DNA from: Mustelus asterias
Lineage: Eukaryota
Direction of reading: 5' to 3'
DNA: 64,000 nucleotides
Assembly: GCF_964213995.1 (NCBI RefSeq)
Contig: NC_135830.1
Span: forward strand, 6,758,001 to 6,822,000
Numbering within the stretch: the stretch's first letter is position 1; the number at the start of each line of letters is the position of its first letter. The notes under the pieces were generated by a model. The model was not told where the DNA came from and did not search any database. It saw nothing but the letters and a program-made list of their open reading frames with translations. Positions 22,589 through 35,187 of this stretch are shown here, one piece after another. The translations under genes and the position numbers were made by a program.

Positions 22589-25500
22589 AAATGCTGCAAG
22601 GAGCTGCCACTAAGTGCAGCATTATCCGTGGATTGAGGACCAGGATGGGGTTTGAGGACGGAGATTTTTGATGAATGTGGAAATGTCTGAGGTGGAGAGC
22701 CGGAAGTTAAAAGACAGAAGTTGAAAGTGACATGATTTGACATGTGTATTGTGTATGTACTTGACATGTATGTTGTGTGTGTCATGTGGTTCTTCTTCAG
22801 AGTTTATCGTTAATGTTACATCTCTGATTTTTCCAGCTCTGATACAAGTTCATCCAGCTGGAAGATTTAGCTTGTTGTTCCCTTCACGGACGCTGTTTTT
22901 ATTGAATGAAGAAATGAACAAAAATTTATTCACTCCGAGACTGGGAATCGAAACCGCGTCACGGCGCCGACGCTGATCACTAGACCCTCAGTGACGCTGA
23001 TGTGACAAATATGGAGTGAGTTGATCATCTCTGCACCCATTGCTTCATTTCCAATAACTTTCAATTAAAAAAAAGTCACAATGAGGAATGACGGGAAGCG
23101 CACATGACAGGATTTGAACCTCAGTTAGAAAATCCCAATCCATCCCCTGGGCCGGGACTGCAGTCTCAATGTTTGCAATCCTGCTGTTTAATTCGACAGA
23201 CAGCCATTCAACCGGTGTTCCCGTTTATATTCTCCATCGGAGCAGCTCCACTCCTCCCAGCTTTGACAAAGGGTCATCTGGTCTCGAAATGTCAGCTTTC
23301 TTCACTCCTTACAGATGCTGCCAGACCTGGTGAGATTTTCCAGCATTTTCTCTTTTTGTTTCCGATTCCAGAATCCACGATAATTTGCTCCAGTCCTTCC
23401 ACACTCGTTCCTTTACCTCAACAACTGTTTACATTGCTCTGTCACTCCTCTTTCTTCATGCCAAAAACGACACGGCACAAACTCTTGCATTCAATCTGAA
23501 ATGCTGGATTTCAGCTGCAGGGACCAAAACTCAAACCCATTCTGGCAGTGGCTGCAGTCGAACACAACAACTCCGTAAAGACTGGACCTTCAGCCACTGG
23601 CTTAGATTACTCGGCTACGTTACCATGTCAGCAGTTGTGTCCTTTACTGGTATCGTTATTGAAATTAGCAGCACTGGAGCTGCGACAGTCCATCAGTTGG
23701 CTTGAGCCTGCTCCTTTACTGAATCAATTTATCCTGAACTGTGTAACAAGCAGGAATCACATCCAGTCAGAAACAGAATGAGCTGCAGTGAAGGACCAGC
23801 ACCATTTAAACTGCCCTTAGCCTTGTCTGGTTCCCAATATCCTGCCAGAAATGACAGGAAAAAAACCTCCTGTTGAATTTGCTCAGTCTTCACTTCAGGA
23901 CACGAAGCGAGATTGTGTTTTATATGTTCCACAAGGCAATAACTGACATTTGTTTTTACGGTTTGGATGAGAGCAACAAATCTCCATTACCTGACCACCA
24001 ATCCAAACAGCAGTGAAAGTGTCAAACTCTAACCACCAGACCAGCTGCTTGTAGCCTGTTTTACAACTTGCTTTACACACACTGCATGTGTTGCTTTAGT
24101 TTTCGCACCAGGCCAGACTACATTCACCACAAGCAAGTCTCTGTTGCAATATGGCACCTTCTGTTTCCATCCCAGTGATACATTCAATCAGTGACAACAT
24201 ACAACAGACATTCCACTTACAGTTAATAATTTCACTTCCGACTGTTTGAAACTAGAGAGAACCTTTTCCAAATATTTTCGTTGCAGAGTGAGGGAAAAGT
24301 TGAATAATTCAGTATGAACGCCAAAATCTGACCTTTTTACCATCCAAATGTTACATTACATCACCATCTCTATTGTCAGCGCTTTGCAGCCTATCACTAT
24401 CTTTCTGCTACTGTGTTTGTTCTTGACCTGTTGCACATGTGACATTTCCAGCTGTGAAGTAGACTTGCAAAACTCACTCGGCTGATATTAGTAGATCTGC
24501 TTTCGATCAGATAGTCAATCAGGTTATTTTTTAATAGTTTGCTGAGAGCTATAAATGATCGTTTCCTGAGCGGGAATTGAAAACAAACAACACTGGGGAG
24601 TACTGAATACAACCCACTGGACTCCCAGGGCCACGGGTGAACTGTGTTTTTCAAAATGACTTACCATATATCCCTTAATGTGTCCAGTTTGGATGGAACA
24701 TAAGTGACTGCTTCAGCTAATGACAACACTGATTGTGTTTGCTGGGACATGAAATCGACAGTGAGGTCAAATAGTCCCACAAGATGCTGAAGTGATCGTG
24801 GTATATAAAATTCTAAATAGGATTGAAGAAAATGAAATCTTTTTTCTTATGCGCAATGGGGAACATCATGTCAAATGTATAGGTTGAGAGGTGGTAGATT
24901 TAAAACTGAGATGAGGAGGAACTGCTTCTCACTGAGGGTCGTGAATTTGTGGAATGCATTGCCGTATAGCGCGGTTGAGTCTGAATCATTAAATGATTTC
25001 AAGAAAGAGACAGATATATTCCTGATAATTAAAGGGATGAGGGGATATTGGAATAGGTAGGGAGGTGGATTTGAGACCAGGGAGAGATCAGTAATGAACT
25101 GATTGCATGATGGTTCAGGCTCGAAGCGCTGAATTTGCCCACTTCTGCTCCTAATTCTATGTTCCTAAGTGTAAATTTCAATTTTTCAAACCCACCAACT
25201 CATCACTGTGGCTCCAATGTAATCTATGTACATTACATCCACAGGTTCCCCTTTATCCACAACACAACTGAGTCCTGTAAGGGACTGAGGAATGGCCCCA
25301 TTCTGTGGTTTAATTACTTTAAATTTCTTTGTTTCCCTCATTTAATCTCTCCTGATTTACACCCGGCAAGAGGCCTCAAACCCTCTTGTTATGCTGCTGG
25401 ATAACACTTGTTTAAAACTTCCGACGTTTCTAAAAATTCCCAATTATTCCCAATGAAAGGTTATGGAGCTAAAATATAAGATTTGTTTTCCTGTGCACTG

Positions 25501-25610
25501 AAGCTGTCTGGCTTTCTGAGTTTTTCCAGCATTTTCACCTTTCACTGCAGAAGTCTGAGCCGCTTTGGATGTCAATGGAAATGTTTTCATTGAACAGCAT
25601 CCGCAGCAGC

Positions 25611-25698
25611 GGCTCGTTGGACGAGAGGTATGACTCAGACCTGGGGAGTAAACATCTACAAACGTATCAGCGATCTCGGGTTCATATGCCGGGCTCGA
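25611..25698 (+). pseudogene. Intron-containing tRNA-Pro remnant
   Basis: Paralog of 16642 and 31277, heavily decayed. Confidence 0.6.
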
Positions 25699-26517
25699 TC
25701 CCTCAATCAGCTGTTGTTTCGTATTGGACAAGTCATAGGTTTTCTCAGTGCAAACGTTGGGATTGGTTTACGTGGGATTTGGTTTGAGAACCTGAGCACA
25801 CAGTGCAGGTAATCTATCAAATCAACACTCACACAAGAAAATCAAGACATTAAAAGGTTAATATGCTTGTGGCCACTCACTTTATCGCTGTTCACCAGTT
25901 TAGAGGACCCCATGTTTGTTGGTTGAGACAGCTGGCTGTGTGATTATTGTTATTCATTCGTGGGTTATGGATGTGTACCCCACTCGCTATTTCTGTTTTT
26001 CATTGTCTCTATATATCTCCCGAAGACTCACTGACTATGTTTTTATTACGTTGACATCTTTTGCTCCTTGCTCTGTCCATTATTTCGCTGTCTGTGTGTA
26101 ACCGAGGTTCACTGGATTGATTTCTGCGTTTATCCTGCGAGGAAAGAATCAGTGGGATGAGTCTGTTCGCTCTGGAGTTTAGAATAATCAGAGGTGAGCT
26201 TACTGAAAAGTCTGTAACAGGGAAACAGTTAGACAGTGTAAATGTTGAGTTCCCTCCACCCCTGGCTAAATTATTAAGAACAAAGAAAAATAAGGTGAAT
26301 GATGTAAGAGGAGTTTGGAATATTTGGGAGAGGTGAAGCTAAGAATTGGAAGATGTGAATAACGTAATTAATAATTGAGAGGAATGGATAGGAACTTTGG
26401 GGATTCTGTCGGTCGATTCATTGTAAACTTTGAAATCAGAACAAGCTGAGACACCAGATGGAAAAACCGTATTTGTCTCCATGCATTTTAGGTTATGGAA
26501 AGCCGTGCAGTACATGT

Positions 26518-26590
26518 GCCCGGCTAGCTCAGTCGGTAGAGCATGAGACTCTTAATCTCAGGGTCGTGGGTTCGAGCCCCACGTTGGGCG
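26518..26590 (+). tRNA. tRNA-Lys(CTT)
   Basis: GCCCGGCTAGCTCAGTCGGTAGAGCATGAGACT-CTT-AATCTCAGGGTCGTGGGTTCGAGCCCCACGTTGGGCG is the canonical vertebrate sequence. TTTT follows 7 nt downstream. Confidence 0.97.
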
Positions 26591-29500
26591 TTATTGCTTT
26601 TAAACTTTGCCTCTTTCCTGGGTGAATTCCAGATCTCCGTCCTTCCAGAAGTGTCACCGCTCAAACTGAGTCTTCCTCACAGTTGTGGGTTTGTGACTGA
26701 AAACTGTCTCCAGTTCACTGGAAGGCGGGGAGTTGAGCGCTGAACTCAGCGAGAGGTTTTGTTCTCATTTATTATGAGATTTAAACCCAGATCTGCGAGA
26801 TTGTGTCAGTGGGAACAATAATCATCTCCATTGTAATTCAATCACTCCAGCCTTCCATCCGATCAAAAGACCGCTTGTCCTTTCCTCCTCTCCCTCTCTA
26901 TTTTCCTTGACTCTGTCCTTGTTTGTCAACCATTAAATTACTATTTTCTTCCAGTTAGGGTCAAAGGTCAGCGACCTGAATCATTCACTCTCTTTCCCTC
27001 TCCACAGAAGCTGTTGAAGCCGATGAGTGCTTCCAACATTTTCTGTTTTGAGGTGGGATTCGCAGCAACTAAAATTCATTGTTTTGGATCACAGTGGATC
27101 ACTTTTCTCTGACTGAATCTTACCTGTTTGAACAGTTGAAAGGTTGAGGTTTAAAATCATAAGACACTGGAATATATCACCCTGTTTCACATGAAATGAA
27201 ACAAAATGAGAATTAATCATTTCTTAATATGCTGCTAATGCAATATATATTTTGTTGTCAATGCCATCATTTGTTGTCCATCCCTATTTCCCTCTGAACT
27301 GAGTATTTTTCTGGGCCATTTCAGAGGGCAGTTAAGAGTCAATCACATTGACTTTCCTCTGGAGTCCCATGGAGGGCAGAAAGGGGAAGGATGGCAGATT
27401 TCCTTCTGCAAGATGTGTTTTCATGACAATCAGAAAACAAAGCTTCATTACTGAGACTAGCTTTCAATTCCGTTTCAGTTCTAGACTGCGGTGGGATCGT
27501 GACCTCTGAGCCTGGGCCACAGGATTCATACTCCACTCATTTTACCACTACGTCACAATCTTCCCGGAAGAGTGTAAGTTTAAATCCTTCACATGGAATC
27601 AAACTACTTAATTTCACATTGAAAACAAACATTTAAAGCAGTGTACTTTTGAAATCAGTTTCGTACACTCAGGATACCGGGGAACTGACGAGATATCTAT
27701 TGCTTTCATTCAAAGACAGAAAAATGTGGTGAATCCTCAGCGTGAGTGATGAAGGAGCTGCGCTCCGAAAGCTCGTGATTTCAAACAAACCTGTTGCACT
27801 TTAACCTGGTGTTGTGAGAATTCTTACCGGGTACTGAAGGGCATTTCATTTACAATTCGCAAAAAGATTATTTTTATAAAATTAACAGCTTTCAGCAAAT
27901 CGCACCGCAATCACATTGCAGACGGTGCAGTGAGTTACTCTCCTGGCCTCATTGCATCAGCCCCAGAGGACGATTTCTCAAGAACACAAAACGCTCAGCG
28001 ATAAAGAGATCGGAGGCTTCATTCATCAGGGATTACCCAAGAGCACGTGACCTTTCTCCCAAATCACACACGCACACACACGCCCACAATTGCTCAATAA
28101 TGCTCAGGTCACTTCAATTTCCGTGTTGGTTTCGTCGATAGAATTCGCTGCTTTAACTGCCATGGTCTGGGTTCGATTCACGGTTAGGGAATGATGATTC
28201 ATTGCTCTCGTGCAACACATGAATTAAGGAGAGTGGGTGTGGTTCCTGGTCGAAAACGGGAGAGATACTTGTGGCAGGTTGAACAGGAAGAAGGAAAAAT
28301 CTGCCCCATTCCACAATCCTGTGAATTACCCACAACAATTCATATTTACATTCGGAAGTCTTACAACACCAGGTCTATTTGGAGTCAGGAGCTTTCGGGG
28401 CGCTGATCAAACAAAGCAAATTGATTTTATTATCGGAGCAAATGAACCTGTTGGATTTTAACATGATGCTGTGAGACTTCATATTGTGCCCACCCCAGTC
28501 CAACGCCGGTATCTCGACATCATATTTACATTGCAATTGCTGGTACCAACTGTCAGAATGAGTGAGTTACCTTCGACTGCATAAAATTTCACTGTAGCTC
28601 ACCACATTCAAAGAGTAATGTTTGTTATAAACCTTATTGTGGTAAATCTGTTGAAATCCTTCAGCTTATCACTGCTCTGCTTTCATCACACTGGAAGCTA
28701 ATGTGAAAAGATGAATAATTTCAAAGCTGAACAACGTGCACAAGACTGGAAGGAGAATGCGACTGTGAATTATTGGCACTGTGGAATTCCTGTATTCAGT
28801 CTATGGGAGAACCAGGAGAATGAAATCCTCATGGTCCAGTGCTGAGGATTTGGCGCTTTCAGGGTCATTGATCGGCTTCAATATGCTAAGATTTAAAGTT
28901 TTTGATAATCCATTTAACAAACCTGAGTTGTTTCCTGATCGAAAACAGCTCTGTCAGAAGCAGTGGAGTTAGATCTATATTTGTGTCCGAATTGGAAATG
29001 TCACATGGGCAACAGTTCAAGAACAAACACAGATAGTGAAGGACAGTGATAGGCTGCAAAGCGCTGCCAATAGATCAGGAATTTGTCTGTCCCAACCTGA
29101 AATGTGTTCAATGAGGGAAATACACAGTAAGTCGGCAAAGATCAGTGGAGTGAGGACTGAGTTAAACTTTCACCAGCATGCTGTTTTTTATAATTGCAAA
29201 GTCCTGAGATTGAGAGCAGAGAGTTCATATTTGAGGCGTTTCAGTTCTTTGAGAGATGAATGCCTGCCGTGGTTTACAAGGTAAGTTTCACAGGATCAGT
29301 AATGATGAGATTGGTGGGTTTCGGAAATTAAAATTTACACGTGAACAGCTTGTGGGACTATTTCATTTATCGTTGCCGTCTTGCGGTGTGTTTTATGTTC
29401 TGATAAAACCTGTATTTATAATACAAGCATTAGACGGTGGAAATTCTCAGCAGGTTTGACAGAATCTGTGGACACGCATCAAATTCTAAACACTTCCATT

Positions 29501-30081
29501 TGTCACCTGTGTTCCTGAAGTATACTGATTATTGTGTTCAAAAAAACTGATAATACCTTTTCAAAACAGCTGTCCCATCTCTAAGTGTTATTAAATATTA
29601 AGGAATCACATTATCTCACAGCCATGTGGCATTTACACTTCCCCAATGCTTGAATAATATTCTGCAACTGCAGTCATGGAGAAAGAGATAAAATTCGGGA
29701 CAAATGCTATTTTCTAAATCTTATGTTAGATGAATGACTCTGCCACATGGCTAAGGTTTTCAACAGAATTATAATTCTACAAAGCAAGGATTTAAATTGC
29801 AATCAGACTGCACTGTTTGATATTCTAGGCCGGTCACATTGGTCATGAGCAGAGCTTCTGGATTGTAGGAGTTAACATGTTCATTTCATATACGAAAGGC
29901 TCCCCGATTTAAAATAAGGTCGAAACATAATTGAAATTAACATTTTTTTAAATTTTCCCCGATTCTAGATCGTTGTTGCATATGAACTGAATTAGAGCAA
30001 ACAAAATGTTAGTTTGTACTTCATCATTGATTGCAAAAATGCCCTGAAGGGGTATAGCTCATTGATATTAAGGGAATATTC

Positions 30082-30153
30082 AGAGGCATCCGATTTGAAT
30101 GCAGAAGCGTCTTGACTTGCAGTCAAATGCCCGACCCCTAAGCTATATTCCTT
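30082..30153 (-). pseudogene. tRNA-Cys remnant
   Basis: Minus strand ...TATAGCTTAGGGGTCGGGCATTTGACTGCAAGTCAAGA...TTCAAATCGG. Confidence 0.6.
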
Positions 30154-31276
30154 CAATGTCTAACCTCCGTTTTGTTGCTCCTTTGTCCTCTGTCTCGCGT
30201 GATCTATGGTTATGTTTGTTCCTCTGTGTCCGCCACTATGCTTACGTACCTCATGGGCGTGGACATGTTTTTTACCATCACAAATTCTATTCACTTACTT
30301 TATAAACCTTCATGGTAAATGTACGGAACAGCAAGAAGTTTAAAGTTGTGAGATGAAATTGACCCTTTCTGTTATTTGTGAGTGGAGGGTGCTTATTGAC
30401 TGAGTTACCGTACGTTCCATTGTGTAAAGTGATTAACATTTTTCTTTGATCAACATTTAAACAGACAGCGGATTCACTCAGTGTGGTGGTGGGTTCCAGT
30501 TCTATATCTGCGATCACAGCATCAATTCATGCCACTTACTGTCAACCCAATATTTCTAATAGTTTGGATGACCCAATATTTCTAACACGTTGGATGTTTA
30601 ATCTAATTTACTTCGTTTTATATTTCATTATTTTCATCTCAGATCTATTTCCACCAGAGGCAGGTCTCTCTTTCAAAATGTTCTGTTCAGGTAGAACAGG
30701 AGTTAGTCCTTCATCCAATGGCAACAAGGATTACTTTTCGCTGCAGCATGAAAGCGGGAAAGAGATGAAATAGTCAGACAAGCTGCTCATGTGTTCCTCT
30801 CAATTTCCCAAATCCACCAACCTCATCACTGCAGCTCCTGTGAAATCGCTGTACAGTACACCCACCGGCTTCGTATTATCCACAGGACACGTGACTTCTT
30901 CAAAGATTTTGTGCATGGTCTCATTCTGCGGTGCAAACATTCTATGATACTCTGCTTTCCTCACGCTCAGACCATGGACTGTAAACAAGTTGTTCATTTA
31001 TCTCTCTTGAATTGTACCCGGTCAGGGCCCTTTCCTGCTGTTATGTTTCCTCGCTCCTCCTGGATTTCACTTGTTTAAAACTTCCTACATTTTCAAACTT
31101 TACCAGCTTAAAGGGTAAAATGAAAGGTTATGAAGGTGTAAGAAGAGAGTCCTTTCCCTGTGTGCACTTGCTGCCTGGCTTCCTGAGTTTCTCCAGCGCT
31201 TCCAGCTTTCAGGGCAGCTGTCTGATCAGATTTGTATGACAATATATATCCGTATTTGAGGAGCTCCCGCAACAGC

Positions 31277-31366
31277 GGCTCGTTGGTCTAGGGGTATGAT
31301 TCTCGCTTTGGGTGTTGTGATGCGCAAGGCTGCGAGAGGTCCCGGGTTCAATTCCCGGGCGAGCCC
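31277..31366 (+). tRNA. tRNA-Pro(TGG) with an 18-nt intron (31313-31330)
   Basis: Exons join to a canonical 72-nt Pro-TGG. The insert TGTTGTGATGCGCAAGGC lies exactly one base 3' of the anticodon (position 37/38). Confidence 0.9.
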
Positions 31367-31993
31367 CATTGTTGTTGTTTGCAATGGCAAAGTCTTGTTC
31401 ATTTCTTTGCCGTGCACACGGCAGGATGAGTTTTCCCGCGGTTTGGTTTGGGAAACTGACAACACAAGGAATCTAACAACACAACGCACTCACAGGCAGT
31501 TCAAGATGTTTTCAAAAGTTGACTCTTCTTTTGGACCTTCTCTTTATCCCTAGTCAACAATTCAGAGGACCCAATGCTTGTGGGTTCCGGCCGCTGGCTT
31601 TGTGTACATTGTTATTCATTCATACGATGTGGCTGACTCCCCCACGCACTGTCTATATCTGTCTCTCTCTGTTTCTGTGTAACGACCTCATTATTTTGCA
31701 CTCTCTCAGTCTCTCACTGTGCCTCTATCCACTTTCCATAGTGTATTCTTGTTTCCCTCTATTCTCGCGCTGTCTGTGTAACGAAGGTTCAATGGATTGA
31801 TTGCTGTGATGAGACAGTTGCCCTTGGAGGAGAGATTCATTGTGGTTACCCTTTTCTCTCTAGAGTTTGGAATAATAAAAAGTGATCCCATTGACAAGTC
31901 TGCAACGGCGAGACTGTTTGATAGTGTGCATGCTGAAGGATTGTTTCCACCGCTCCCCCCAGTTCTCCTCCTCCCCACCCCCACCACCACCCG

Positions 31994-32304
31994 CTGGGGT
32001 AAACACAGTACGAAGTCTCACAACACCAGGTTAAAGTCCAACAGGTTTATTTGGTAGCACAAGCCACAAGCTTACGGAGCACTGCCCCTTCATCAGGTGA
32101 GTGGGAGTTGTGTTCACAAACAGGGCATATATAGACACAAACTCAATTTACAAAATAATGGTTGGAATGCGAGTCTTTACGGGTAATCAGGTCTTAAATG
32201 TACAGACATTGTGAGTGGAGAGAGGGTTAAGCACAGGTTAAAGAGGTGTGTATTGTCTCCAGCCAGGACGGTTGGTGAGATTTTGCAAGCCCAGGCAAGT
32301 CGTT
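31994..32304 (-). mobile_element. Penelope-like terminal repeat (pLTR) fragment with hammerhead-like motif
   Basis: Reverse complement of ~55440-55752. Reads CAC-CTGATGA-AGGGGCAGTGCTCC-GTAA-GCTTGTG. Confidence 0.85.
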
Positions 32305-32870
32305 GACTATCTCTAAGAATTCATTCCGTCTCTAAATGCCTGTAGATCCTGTCTCTCAAAATACCTTCCAACAACTTACCCATCACAGATGTGAGGCTCA
32401 CTGGCCTGTAGTTCCCAGGCTTTTCCCTGCAGCCCTTTTTAAACAAGCACAACATTTACCACCCTCCAATCTTCAGGCACCTCACCTGTGACTATCGATG
32501 ATTCAAATATCTCTGCTAGGGGACCCTCAATTTCCTCCTTAGCCTCCCACAATGTCCTGGGATATACTTCATCAGGTCCCGGGATTTATCCACCTCGATG
32601 CGCGTTAAGACTTCCAGCACCTCCTTATCTGTAATATGTACAGTCCTCAAGACATCACTATTTATTTCCTGAAGTTCCCTAACATCTATTCTTTTCTCTG
32701 CAGCAAATACTGATGAGAAATATTCATTTAGCACCTCACCCATCTCTTGTGGATCCGCACTCAGATGATCTTGTTGATCCTTAAGAGGCCCTACTCTCTC
32801 CCTTGCTACTCTTTTGCCCTTTCTGTCTTTGTCGAAGCTCTTTGGATTCTCCTTTGCCTTGTCTGCCAAA
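32305..32870 (-). mobile_element. CR1 internal fragment
   Basis: KENPKSF..KGKR, MGEVLNEYFSSVF and YRPVSLTS-like motifs. Confidence 0.85.
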
Positions 32871-33639
32871 ACAAGTATTTTGGCAGATAGGTTGCACATC
32901 TGCCTCATTGATGTGGTTGGTGGGTTATGAAAATTGAAAGTTACACTTAGGAACATAGGAATTAAGATCAGCAGTGGGCAAATTCAGCGCTTCGAGCCTG
33001 CTCCAGCATTCAATCAGTTCATGGCTGATCTTTCCCTGGTCTCAAATCCACTGCCCCTTATCTGTTAATTCATTTTGTATTGGAAATATATCTGTCTCCT
33101 TCTTTAAACCTTTTTAATGATTCAGACTCCACCGTTCTATGGGGCAGCGAGTTCCAAAAATCGACGACCATTAGCAATAAGTAGTTCCCCAGCATCTCCG
33201 TTTTAAATCTACCGCCTCTCTACCTATCCATGTGACAGTAGGTTGGTTCTATTCCTTCCCCACAGATGCTGTCAGATCAGTTGAGATTTCCAAGCATTTT
33301 CTGTTTTTTGCACAGATTCCAGCATTCATTGTATTTTGTTTTTTTGTGTAATTGTGACCTCTTGATCTCGATTGCCCAATAAGAAGAAACATTTTGTCTA
33401 TGTTCACTCTATCATCCCTCGTAAAATTTTATGTAATTCGATCACTTCAGCATCTTGTGGGACGATTTCGCCTCAGTGTCAATTTCATGCCCCAGCAAAC
33501 TCCCAGCGACTGTATACCGCTGTGCCGCCAGCTAGCAGAGATGGCAGCGCAGTGGGATACAATCGGGAGTGAGTTGCCCTGGGAATTCTTAACATCGACT
33601 CTGTCGTCTCATGGCTTCAGGTTAAACATGTGGAAGGAA

Positions 33640-35080
33640 ACCTCTAACTGGATACCAGGTGCCGCCCTCCTTCGGCTCATGAATCAGTGATCCTCCATGT
33701 TGAAATACACTTGGAGGAAGCACTGAGGGTGGCAAGGGCGCAGAATGTACTCTGGATGGGGGATTTCAATGTCCACCACCGAGAATGGCTCAGTCGCAGC
33801 AATACTGATCGAGCTGGTCGGGTCTTAAAAGATGTAACTGTTAGACTTGATCTGCAGCAGCTGGTGAAGGAACCAACAAGAGGAAATAACATACTTGACC
33901 TCATCCTTACCAATCTACCGGCTGCAGATGCAACTGTCCACGACGGTATCTGCAAGAGTGATCACTGCATAATCCGTGTGGAGACGAAGTCGCGCCTTTG
34001 CATTGAGAATAGCCTCCATTGTGTTATGTGGCACTATCACCGTGTTTAATGGGACAGACTTCGAACCGATCTAGCAACTCAAGACTAGGCATGCATGGGG
34101 CGTTGTGGGCCACCAACAGCAGGGGAACTGTACTCCAGCACAATCTGCAATCTCATGGCCCAGAATATACCCCAAATACCATTACTATCAAGTCAGGGAA
34201 TCAACTCTGGTTCAATGGAGAGTGCAAGTGTGTGTGTGTGTGTGGGTGGGGGGGGGGGGGGGGGGGGGGGCGCAGGAGTAGCACCAGGCATACCAAAAAG
34301 TGAGGTGTCAACCTGGAGAAACTACCAAACAGGGCTATGTACATGCCAAATGGCAAAAACAACAAGTGATAGACAGAGGTAAGCGATCCCACAACCAACA
34401 GATCAGATCTAACCTCTTCAGTCCTTCCACATCCAGTCGTGAATGGTGGTGGACAATTAAACAACTCACTGGAGGAAGAAAATCCACAAATATCCTCAAC
34501 CTCACTGATGGGTGCAGCCCAGCACCTCATTGCAAAAGATAAACCTGAAGAATTCGAAGCAATCTTCAGCCAGGAGTGTCGACTGGATGATCCATCTCGG
34601 CCTCCTCCAGTGGTCCCCAGCATCTCAAATGCTCGTCTCCAGCCAATTCGATTCACTCCAATTGATACCAAGAAACGGTTGGAGGCACTGGATACTGGAA
34701 AGGCAATGGGCCCTGATAACATTCCGGCAAAAGTACTTGTGCTGTCGAAGTTACCGCTCCCCTAGCCGAGTTCTTCTCGGACAATTACAACACTGGCATC
34801 TACGCAACAATGTGGAAAATTGCCCAGGTATGTCCTGCACAAAAAAAGGCACGGCAAATTCAACTAGCCAATTACCGCCAAATTAGACGACTGTCGATCA
34901 TCTGTAAAGCGATGGCAGGGTCATCAACAGACCTCCTCAGCAAAGCCCAGTTTGAGTTTCGCCAGGGTGACTCAGCTGCTGTCCTCATTTGAGCTTTTGT
35001 TCAAACATGGACAAAGGAGCTGAATTCCCGAGGTGAGCTGAGAGTGATCGGTCTTGACATCAAGGCCGCATTAGCCCGAG
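33640..35080 (+). mobile_element. Decayed LINE of a second family (APE endonuclease to RT start)
   Basis: GDFNVHH, PTRGNNILDLILTN, SDH and KAMGPDNIP in broken frames. Related pieces at ~35875-36300 and 62530-63680 (-). Confidence 0.85.
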
Positions 35081-35130
35081 CGTTTAAATTACCAAGTGTA
35101 ACTTGCGGCTATAAACTAAAGTTGAAAATA

Positions 35131-35187
35131 AGGCTCCAGCGAGGATCGAACTCGCGACCAGTGCTCTAACCACTGAGCCATGGAGCC
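35131..35187 (-). pseudogene. tRNA-Thr gene lacking the anticodon loop (16-nt deletion)
   Basis: GGCTCCATGGCTCAGTGGTTAGAGCACTGGTC^GCGAGTTCGATCCTCGCTGGAGCCT, then TATTTT. Confidence 0.85.

Larger units (their letters stand above)
21720..29074 (+). repeat. Segmental duplication copy B
   Basis: Colinear with 12320-20260. Confidence 0.92.

Noticed and set aside
34229-34270. (TG)n plus a long G run as a functional G-quadruplex
   Set aside because: It is a simple-sequence expansion inside a decayed LINE, and homopolymer length is unreliable.
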